IMG/VR virus record: IMGVR_UViG_3300021092_002038
Location: 16,468-80,467 of that record
Strand: one strand, 5' to 3'
Origin: a virus
Length of the DNA stretch: 64,000 nt
Shown here piece after piece: positions 56,351 through 64,000 of the stretch. The notes below the pieces were generated by a model, which saw nothing but the letters and a program-made list of their open reading frames with translations, was not told the origin of the DNA and made no database searches. Made by a program: the position numbers and the translations under genes. Every line of letters begins with the position of its first letter. The first letter of the stretch is position 1.

Positions 56351-56533
56351 TTAAGTACTTAAGGAAAATAAAATATCAAAATTGTCAAAGGTGTATTTTT
56401 TATGTAATAGTTGTTCGATCGAATTCTCTCCGTTCCAACCGTCACTCCAGGGTTGACCGTATTCAGGACCGGCTAATACATGTTCAATGTTGTTATCGTC
56501 GTACTCAACGAAAATCTTAGTATCGATTTTCAT
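56351..56533 (-). CDS. Small hypothetical protein
   Basis: 60 aa; TATTTATA 4 nt upstream of ATG. Confidence 0.5.
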   Translation of the reverse strand: MKIDTKIFVEYDDNNIEHVLAGPEYGQPWSDGWNGENSIEQLLHKKYTFDNFDILFSLST

Positions 56534-56580
56534 ATACTATAAATATCAAAATATAATAAATAATTTATTTTTTTTAATAA

Positions 56581-58515
56581 TTATTTTTTCCACTCGTATT
56601 TTAAATGTCCACAATCCCAAATTCTATCATATCCGTTGTTTTTCATGTTTTCCCATTCGCTTAAGTTTTCATCGAAAATTTTAAGCTTATCTTTTAGAAC
56701 ATTTTTTCTAAAATTAAATCTGTGATACAATTTTAACGCATTGCTTTTATAGAAATACCAATAGTTAGGAGACGTTATACTTGACAAATCAAACCCCAAT
56801 TTTTTATAAAACGCTTCTCCTGATTTACTATATCGCCTATCCGCATAGCTTATTACGGATTCAGGATTATAATTTTTAACAAAATATGAAAACATCCTTC
56901 CAGCCGCCCCAATCACGGTCTGAGACATGCAAAATCGATACAGTTCATATTCATCATCTGCGGTATTAGTGGAATTTCCTAAAGCGACACGTTTATTACC
57001 AAAGGTCATTACTGATACAAGTTTATCATTATAGAATAATCCTAATTTAATTGAGGATTTATCAGGCCCCTGCAAATGATTTAATGTTAAAAAACGAGAA
57101 GCGATATTTGAGCCGACAACACGAACCTCGCAATCTCTAGCATAGATTTTTTCTGCGTTATTTAACCCTAAAATATGAGTCAACCTACGTTTAACAATAT
57201 CTTGGTTATTCATCCACTCATTTTCAAATATATGAATCAGTCTCACGCCGACCACCTCACATTTTTCAGTCTTGTTCAGATGATAATTTTTATCTTTACC
57301 ACAAGACTCTCCATGCCAATAAATTCCATCAAGTTCTATTGCCAATTTCTTCTCTGGAATGTAAACATCCAACTCAAGTGGATTTATTACAGTTCTGTCA
57401 TCCTTAACAATTAAACACTCATTTCCTAATTTAGATTTAATAAAATCTACCAACTCTAACTGAATTCCACTTTTCGTTGGATACGGTTCGCACGATAAAC
57501 ATCTCGGATCTTTTCCATTTGATATAATGTCACTAAATACATCATTACATTTTTTACATTTAAACTTATAAGGAATTCCTACTCCGCCAACTTTATTTCC
57601 CAAATACTCTGATTCCGAAAACATCGGAACGAACTTATCTTCTATCTTTTTAAATAACCTCTCTAAATATTTTTTATTTTTTTCATTTTTAGAACGACGA
57701 GAAACATCCGAATTCTTCATCGCATTTTCAACTCCATATCTATCTCGCATGGTTTTTAAAAACCCATCCGTTCCAAATCCTATTTTTCCAGATTTCAAAT
57801 TCTTCTTTGTAGAAATCGAAACATTTGGAGAATAGGGCAATCCATATTTCTCAATTAAAGTGGTCCGAGCTTTGGGTCTATTATTATAATTCTCATCGCC
57901 ATACTTTTCTAGTTTAGTCTTTTTAACTTTATCTATATTCACATAATTTTCATCACCATATTTATCAATCTTTGTATTTTTTACCTTATTTATATTTACA
58001 TAATTCTCATCTCCATACTTCTCAAGTTTGGTTTTCTTGGATTTAAAAACAAAATCCGACAGTTTGGAAGCATGATCAACTCCATATTTTTTTAACATTG
58101 TATTTCTCAATGTATTCATTCTTTTTTCATTTACATCTTTACTAGAATTCAATGTTAATAAACAACCCTTAGAACATGTAATCTTTTTCCTTTTCTTATA
58201 AACATCAAACTCCTTATTACACACAACACAATTTCGAGTCTCGTGACTGTTTTTATGTTTAGAGTCGCCCACACATTTATAAGAACACCGATTTCTGTAA
58301 CCCTTGTAAATTCCATCAAATTTACATTTTTTCCCACACGACTCACATCGACCAACATTTTCCCCATTCAAAAAATGATAAAGCTTTTGGCCAAATGATT
58401 CAAAATCATACATACCATCGATGTCACGATAAAAATCTGGATGCATTCTTTTAAGTTGAATAGAATAATTTTCACGATTTTTTTCCAAAAACAAATTCAA
58501 TTCTTCAATAGTCAT
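56581..58515 (-). CDS. Nuclease-like fusion, paralog 3
   Basis: Zn fingers, KYGDENY repeats, ELDVYIP..IELDGIYWH, NHLQG, ISYADRR, RIWDCG. Confidence 0.75.
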   Translation of the reverse strand: MTIEELNLFLEKNRENYSIQLKRMHPDFYRDIDGMYDFESFGQKLYHFLNGENVGRCESCGKKCKFDGIYKGYRNRCSYKCVGDSKHKNSHETRNCVVCNKEFDVYKKRKKITCSKGCLLTLNSSKDVNEKRMNTLRNTMLKKYGVDHASKLSDFVFKSKKTKLEKYGDENYVNINKVKNTKIDKYGDENYVNIDKVKKTKLEKYGDENYNNRPKARTTLIEKYGLPYSPNVSISTKKNLKSGKIGFGTDGFLKTMRDRYGVENAMKNSDVSRRSKNEKNKKYLERLFKKIEDKFVPMFSESEYLGNKVGGVGIPYKFKCKKCNDVFSDIISNGKDPRCLSCEPYPTKSGIQLELVDFIKSKLGNECLIVKDDRTVINPLELDVYIPEKKLAIELDGIYWHGESCGKDKNYHLNKTEKCEVVGVRLIHIFENEWMNNQDIVKRRLTHILGLNNAEKIYARDCEVRVVGSNIASRFLTLNHLQGPDKSSIKLGLFYNDKLVSVMTFGNKRVALGNSTNTADDEYELYRFCMSQTVIGAAGRMFSYFVKNYNPESVISYADRRYSKSGEAFYKKLGFDLSSITSPNYWYFYKSNALKLYHRFNFRKNVLKDKLKIFDENLSEWENMKNNGYDRIWDCGHLKYEWKK

Positions 58516-58584
58516 ATGGATAAGTATATCTGCAACCGACTAAAACTACAATATTTATGTAGTTATAATTTAATAAATCTAAAT

Positions 58585-58620
58585 AAAAAAATTGGCAACT
58601 TGTTTAGTCGCCAATTTTTT
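58585..58620 (-). terminator. Intrinsic terminator after tail sheath gene
   Basis: - strand AAAAAATTGGCGAC-TAAACAA-GTTGCCAATTTTTT. Confidence 0.85.
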
Positions 58621-58637
58621 CGAATGGAATTTAAATA

Positions 58638-61600
58638 TTAAGCGCCTGGGAAAGCAGCACCAGTTGGTAATATATTAAAATCAAGAACAATGAATTCAGC
58701 CGTTTTGGCAGGTTGTAGATAGATTTGACCATACAATATGTTTCTATCAATCAAATCCGGCGTATTATTACTTTCATCCATCACAACTTGGAATGCATAT
58801 AGACCACTTCGTTGTTGAACGCTTTCCAAATATGGATTCACGATGCCTAAGAATCTATTTCTTGTGGCGGTCACGTTCTGTTCAAACACCAAGAATTTAG
58901 AACTACTTGCGATAAACTTCTTAAGCGCAATTAACAATCTGCGAACGTTAATTCTATCTAAAGCACTTGGTTTTTGCTGAAGGGTTTTCTGTCCCCATAC
59001 ACAAATTCCTTGGCCAGGGAATGCCGCGATAGGATTGACTCTTCCCTCGTATAGAGTATCACGTTCAGAATGCGTCAGTCTGTCTAAAACTTGAACAGCT
59101 TGAGTGATACCACCACGATTCAAGCCGGCCGGAGCAAACCATTCTGCGGCAGCGGCATCATTAGCTGCGTAAATAGCAGGTAACACTACGCTAGGCGGAA
59201 CACTTATAATCTTATTTAGATTTGTATCTAATATCTTCACCCACGGATAATAAGTGGCAGCGTAATTTGTATCATATGTTGAGGCTTGATTTACCGCTGA
59301 ATCAATTAATCCTACACTTTGATTGCTTGAGGGGAAAACTACGTTATCCATAATATAGAAACAATCTCCACGAGCTTCACACATGTCAACCACAAGATTT
59401 GTTACGTAACTGTGTAAGCTAGAGAAAATGCCTGGAGTAACAATCAAATTAATATCAAATTCATCTGCGTTACCCAGTGCTCCTATACATTGTTTGTAAG
59501 CTATACTACCAGCACTATTAATATTTACGCAATTTAATCCTTGAGTATTTCCAGCAATTATATCAGAACCAATATTAATAGGAATAGCAGGCCACTGTCC
59601 ATCAAATCCACCCTGCATGCCTAAAACGAATTTACGTTTTTTAACGTTAGTAGATTCATCAGCCGCGATATAATAGGATGGAACTCCATTTCCTGAAGTA
59701 ACTCCTCCGATTGTATAATCTGATTCCAAATCAAAATCATCGTTTCCTCCGTTGCTATCATTTGAACCAAACGCAGGAAGCGGAGCAAAATATTGTTCAT
59801 TGTCACGATTACATCCTACACCTGAAGAGGCGGTAGGATACAGAGCTCTAAGAGCGTCAGGAGCACCTACAGGCACTTCTCCAATCATTACTCCTGAAGC
59901 ATATTTACCTGGAGTTTCACTATAGGTTGAAGCTTTTGTATATTTCATTGTAGGCAAGAATATACTATAGTTACTATCCATTGGAGTAGCATATGCTCGG
60001 AAGCCGTAAGGAACCGCATCAACAGGATAAATATCTGTAGTCATTTCGATACGAATATATTTACTCAAGTTGACATAAGTTCCAAATTCAATAATTTTAC
60101 CGGCAAAGGTAATGAAGTTGTATCGATCACCAATTTTACGAGCAATGAAATTTGCAGAATCAGGATCAAGATTTAAGTTTTGGAAGCTCTCTAAATATTT
60201 AGGACGTTTCTCGGTGTCACTATAACTACGAACACTTAGAGTAAAACTACCATAATCAGAACCAGGAACAGTACCTGCCAGTTTAACATTACTAATTTCA
60301 ATTTTAAACCGTGTATTTTCACCAGTACCATCACCTAAAGTGTGAACCTTAAACAAATTGAATTTACCTGGAACAGCCGGACCAGCCGTACCAGTCCAAG
60401 GAGCAACAGTTTGTGAGGTAATGAATGGAGTCTCAGCCTGTTTAAGACCGAACGCACTATCTCCTTTATTTAAATCCGTAGAATACTTGTCAGAGAAATT
60501 CAATAAACCACCAACACGATCTTGACCCTCGATAGTAGTTCCAACTTTAATCATCCAATTTTCTTTTTCTGCTTTTACCTGTTCAATTGTATCCTCGAAT
60601 ATTGAATATATGTAAGCGGCTTCAATTTTTTGTCCACTAACTTGTTTGGCAGGATCACCAACCGTAGCATCATCACCAAACACAGAAGTTATATATTTAC
60701 TATTATTTGGATCCAATGAAAATCTATATGTTCCAAATGCACTACCAACAGAACTACTTAATTTTAAATCAAATTCTAAGCTTGTGGCTCTTTCTGACGC
60801 AGAAGAAGTAATTGTAGTCAAATCACCACTGAAACCAGGAATACTCAAGTCAGATAAATTTTGATTAGCATTTCTGGTATTAGCCAAAACTGCCAATATC
60901 TGAGGCAAAGCGCCTGAATTTGTAGAAGCACACGGATCCGAACTCACAACGGAAGAACTGATGAACTCTCCTGTATAATCTCCATATTCACCCTGTATAT
61001 TTCCTGACACAAGATACAATACCGTGCCACAACCACCTTCAGTACGTACGGCTTTAAATACACCGTTTAGTATTGTTAGAGCAGAACCATCTTCTGTATC
61101 AAATGTAGACGAAGCGGTAATATTTAATGATATTCCTGACATCGAAAGATTAGACGTAGTTGAGGTAGTTTCTAATAACGCTTGAGTGAGTTTGGCTAAA
61201 CTAGAAAAAGTGGAATTACTTTGAATACTAGAACTAATAAAAAATTTTCCTGAAGTAAATGTGGCCGTAGTAGTGCCTAGTTCCACGGTTTGTCCAGCAA
61301 ACGCTAAACTTGATGTATTAAACTTAGCTATTACAGTGACGTTATTTAGCGTAATTGACCCAGTGTCTGTACTATTAGAACCGCTATATGTAATAAAATT
61401 TAAAGGATCAGTTGAACCATCTGAACTTTTTACAAACGAATTATTTCCAGTTTGAACCGCTTCACTTAAACCATTACGATCCCAAGTTCCAGGAACTGCA
61501 TAAATCATCAACGGATTGTTTTGTTTATAGCCTGTGAGTGCTCCTACTCTGCATACGGTGACTCTTCCTTGTTCTTGTAAATACTCTTTGGCGGTATAAG

Positions 61601-61826
61601 GTCCGTAATATACACCATCCGCAACTCCAAATCGTTCTTCAAGATCAGTTACGGAGGTAATTAACGTGGGAGAAAAACCTGGTCCTTTTGCAAACGGCGC
61701 GACGACAACTCCGCCTATGTCAGCGACACCTTGCGCGAGACCGCTGAGGTCGTTTTCTCTTGTAAAAACGCCCGGAGACACTATTTGGTTAACCGGACTA
61801 AATCTTCCACCTTCTGTAATTGGCAT
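58638..61826 (-). CDS. Contractile tail sheath protein (T4 gp18-like)
   Basis: VSPGVFTRENDLS, YYPWV, WFAPAGLNRG, VWGQKTL, SALDRINVRRLL, PAKTAEFI. Confidence 0.95.
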   Translation of the reverse strand: MPITEGGRFSPVNQIVSPGVFTRENDLSGLAQGVADIGGVVVAPFAKGPGFSPTLITSVTDLEERFGVADGVYYGPYTAKEYLQEQGRVTVCRVGALTGYKQNNPLMIYAVPGTWDRNGLSEAVQTGNNSFVKSSDGSTDPLNFITYSGSNSTDTGSITLNNVTVIAKFNTSSLAFAGQTVELGTTTATFTSGKFFISSSIQSNSTFSSLAKLTQALLETTSTTSNLSMSGISLNITASSTFDTEDGSALTILNGVFKAVRTEGGCGTVLYLVSGNIQGEYGDYTGEFISSSVVSSDPCASTNSGALPQILAVLANTRNANQNLSDLSIPGFSGDLTTITSSASERATSLEFDLKLSSSVGSAFGTYRFSLDPNNSKYITSVFGDDATVGDPAKQVSGQKIEAAYIYSIFEDTIEQVKAEKENWMIKVGTTIEGQDRVGGLLNFSDKYSTDLNKGDSAFGLKQAETPFITSQTVAPWTGTAGPAVPGKFNLFKVHTLGDGTGENTRFKIEISNVKLAGTVPGSDYGSFTLSVRSYSDTEKRPKYLESFQNLNLDPDSANFIARKIGDRYNFITFAGKIIEFGTYVNLSKYIRIEMTTDIYPVDAVPYGFRAYATPMDSNYSIFLPTMKYTKASTYSETPGKYASGVMIGEVPVGAPDALRALYPTASSGVGCNRDNEQYFAPLPAFGSNDSNGGNDDFDLESDYTIGGVTSGNGVPSYYIAADESTNVKKRKFVLGMQGGFDGQWPAIPINIGSDIIAGNTQGLNCVNINSAGSIAYKQCIGALGNADEFDINLIVTPGIFSSLHSYVTNLVVDMCEARGDCFYIMDNVVFPSSNQSVGLIDSAVNQASTYDTNYAATYYPWVKILDTNLNKIISVPPSVVLPAIYAANDAAAAEWFAPAGLNRGGITQAVQVLDRLTHSERDTLYEGRVNPIAAFPGQGICVWGQKTLQQKPSALDRINVRRLLIALKKFIASSSKFLVFEQNVTATRNRFLGIVNPYLESVQQRSGLYAFQVVMDESNNTPDLIDRNILYGQIYLQPAKTAEFIVLDFNILPTGAAFPGA

Positions 61827-61927
61827 ATGTTGTTCCTTTCAAAGTTCTACTTTTTTAAAAATAGATGTAAAAATCTAAATATAAATATATTTAAATTTTC
61901 CAAACAACATTTTATTATAAATTTATT

Positions 61928-62206
61928 TTATTTATTTTGTGGGGTAAAAGTACCATCTTTTAAAGAAAGTGTTCCATCTCCATACTTGGTACTTAGATCC
62001 GACAACAATTTAGACTCATCTTCTTGTAATTTCAAGTATTCTTCACGAAGTTTATTTTCCGATTCGTTTATAGATTTTATAGCCTGTTCAATAGAAATTC
62101 TTTCTATATTTAGCTGGCCAAACATAATCAATTTTTCTTGATATGATTCTTGTAGAGTTTTAATAGCTCTTAATTCTTCGTCGGTAAATTTTATAACGTC
62201 ATTCAT
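61928..62206 (-). CDS. Small coiled-coil protein
   Basis: KFTDEEL...FGQL...LSTKYGDGTLSLKDGTF. Confidence 0.6.
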   Translation of the reverse strand: MNDVIKFTDEELRAIKTLQESYQEKLIMFGQLNIERISIEQAIKSINESENKLREEYLKLQEDESKLLSDLSTKYGDGTLSLKDGTFTPQNK

Positions 62207-62658
62207 AGTTTATTTATTATATTTGTAGTGGATATATCATGTTTAAATTTTATAAATTTTATATCCGACTTATTTTCGGTCAGAGATTTTTTTTCTTCTT
62301 CGTTTAAAGTTTCAAGAGTATAATCTCCACCCTTTATATATATGTCAGGTTTAGAAATTTTCAAAAAATTTACACATCTTAGTTCGTCAAAAACATATAC
62401 AAAATCCACACATTTTAAATTATCTAATATGTAAGCTCTATACGATTGTATATTAATTGGTCGGTTTTCACCTTTTAATTTTTTAACGCTAGAGTCAGAA
62501 TTTATACCCACTAACAAATAGTCTCCTAAAGATTTTGCTTCATTCAAATAGTGAACGTGACCAGCATGCAAAATATCAAAACATCCATTTGTAACCACTA
62601 ATTTTTTATTAGTTAGAACAAACGAATCCCTCCACTGTTTTAAATTTTCTATTAGCAT
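62203..62658 (-). CDS. ADP-heptose synthase adenylyltransferase domain (RfaE domain II/HldC-like)
   Basis: TNGCFDILHAGH, VGINSD.SV..LKG..RPI, KGGDY, STT. Confidence 0.88.
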   Translation of the reverse strand: MLIENLKQWRDSFVLTNKKLVVTNGCFDILHAGHVHYLNEAKSLGDYLLVGINSDSSVKKLKGENRPINIQSYRAYILDNLKCVDFVYVFDELRCVNFLKISKPDIYIKGGDYTLETLNEEEKKSLTENKSDIKFIKFKHDISTTNIINKL

Positions 62659-62810
62659 ATTAAATCCGATTATAATACTTTTCCTTTTATCTTGTAAACA
62701 TTTATCAATTTTTAATCATAAATTCTATTAAAATTCTTAAATGATTTTTTCTACACCACCACCCACACCGAAAAAAATCTGAAAAATTATGATCTGAATG
62801 CATGTTATTT

Positions 62811-64000
62811 TTACCCTTGTCGATAATATTTCTCAACCACGGTTTCTACAATCTTTTCTACTTTAGGTATGCATGAAAAATTTTTATTTAACGGACAGGT
62901 TTGGACTCGAAATTGAAGTATTTTCCCATGTTCATCCACATAATATTTTAAATTATTTAAACAATGTTCGAAACAGTCTCCATGCATATAAAATAATTTA
63001 TAATCATCGACACCATTTCTGTAAGGATTCCAAAGCTCGTTATTAAAATAACTCGATATTAAGAAAATGTTAGTATCCGTCGTTGAAGATAATACATATG
63101 CGCTAGTCGGAAACGTAATTATCCCAAAGGATTTATTTATTAAATGCCAAATCTCACTAGAAATCTGAAATTCATTCGTAGAATCGATGTCTAATTTTCC
63201 GCATAAATTAACTCCTAGTTTCACATCCAAGTCATGATGATCTTTTTCTGGTTTGCCGAAGTTTGAATTAAGACCAATAGTGACAACCGGAATATTTTTT
63301 GCATTCAATATGTTCACCAATTCTTGCCATTTATCCTTGCCTAAATCTCTATCCTGTCCAGTTTTTCTTGGATAAATTAATATATACTTCTCAGGAAGAT
63401 TAAAATTAAGTTTTTTAGGATTCGGATAAAACTCAAAATATTTTTCTTTTTTACTTAAACTTGTTTGACATAAACTTGCCGCATTATCTCTTAAATCTAG
63501 CTCTTTATTCGCTACAAATTTATAATGACCAATTTCCCAAAAATTAGGATTATCTTTGTTTTTTTGTTTTACAGATTCTCCTGTGTCATTATCGTTTATT
63601 CTCGTAAACTTATTAACGTGGGGGTTGTTTAAAAAAGGCAGATCATATGTAGAATATACGTCCACTCTTCTTTGAAAAATTTTATTTAATTTTCTAATCA
63701 CCGGTTGAGTCGTAAAAGCATCACCCAGACCAAATCGTTTCCCCGCTGCTATAAGAAGCGTTGGGGTCTGAATTTTTACTCCATATTTAGATTTTAATTT
63801 TATAAACTCAGAAAACACAATAACTTCATTTTGGTAAATAGAAATTGTAATATTTTTTGAAATAGTATAAAATTTACAAAAATGAAAAAAATTACTGTCA
63901 ACAAAATCCTTGCCTATTTTGTTAATTGTAAAACTATAAACTAATTCATTATTTTCATTTGTTATTTTAACAATCTGATCGTCTGAAGTGGGTTCTTTAT
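62811..64000 (-). CDS. GT9 (heptosyltransferase)-like glycosyltransferase, 5'-partial
   Basis: GLGDA, FLNNPHV, PVVTIG, GVNLCGK; the frame stays open from 63818 to the window edge, so the real start lies outside the window. Confidence 0.7.
   Translation of the reverse strand, partial: KEPTSDDQIVKITNENNELVYSFTINKIGKDFVDSNFFHFCKFYTISKNITISIYQNEVIVFSEFIKLKSKYGVKIQTPTLLIAAGKRFGLGDAFTTQPVIRKLNKIFQRRVDVYSTYDLPFLNNPHVNKFTRINDNDTGESVKQKNKDNPNFWEIGHYKFVANKELDLRDNAASLCQTSLSKKEKYFEFYPNPKKLNFNLPEKYILIYPRKTGQDRDLGKDKWQELVNILNAKNIPVVTIGLNSNFGKPEKDHHDLDVKLGVNLCGKLDIDSTNEFQISSEIWHLINKSFGIITFPTSAYVLSSTTDTNIFLISSYFNNELWNPYRNGVDDYKLFYMHGDCFEHCLNNLKYYVDEHGKILQFRVQTCPLNKNFSCIPKVEKIVETVVEKYYRQG

Larger units (their letters stand above)
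54915..56655. repeat. Perfect 47-bp inverted repeat pair (54915-54961 and 56609-56655)
   Basis: tgggaaaacatgaaaaacaacggatatgatagaatttgggattgtgg and its exact reverse complement. Confidence 0.9.

Noticed and set aside
62695-62793. 32-codon - strand ORF (MHSDHNFSDFFRCGWWCRK...)
   Set aside because: Too short, with no motif or clear RBS; cannot be supported as a gene
1-64000. Stop-codon reassignment as seen in some large phages
   Set aside because: Core genes are full length under the standard code and coding density is high

Overview
AT-rich segment of a large lytic myovirus genome (T4-related gene repertoire, jumbo-phage style), almost entirely on the - strand, standard genetic code. Reading along the - strand from the right end: ADP-heptose/glycosyltransferase genes; a contractile-tail module (1062-aa sheath, tube, tail/baseplate assembly chaperone, tape measure, baseplate proteins) interrupted by three paralogous nuclease-like genes and a nucleotidase/nucleotidyltransferase pair; a replication/recombination block (small family-A polymerase, gp32-like SSB, RecA/UvsX, 5'-3' exonuclease, DnaB/gp41 helicase, class II RNR); an accessory block (Mom-like and DUF4338-like proteins, MoxR-type AAA + vWA pair, UvsE, dNMP kinase, dUTPase); a decaying sugar-nucleotide/glycosyltransferase cluster; and the 5' end of a family-B DNA polymerase. 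No tRNA, rRNA or CRISPR array was seen. Best leads: (1) a ~270-nt highly paired intergenic element, probably an unannotated ncRNA antisense to the tail operon (45846-46117); (2) a U7 slippery site predicting a +1/-2 programmed frameshift in the tail chaperone (49750-49756); (3) three nuclease + Mom/GNAT-like fusion genes flanking tail genes, two sharing a perfect 47-bp inverted repeat, among six Mom/GNAT-like domains in the window; (4) a TATTTATA upstream motif that is the reverse complement of the T4 late promoter; (5) a shared N-terminal leader copied between unrelated genes. All family assignments come from motif recognition by eye, without database searches.
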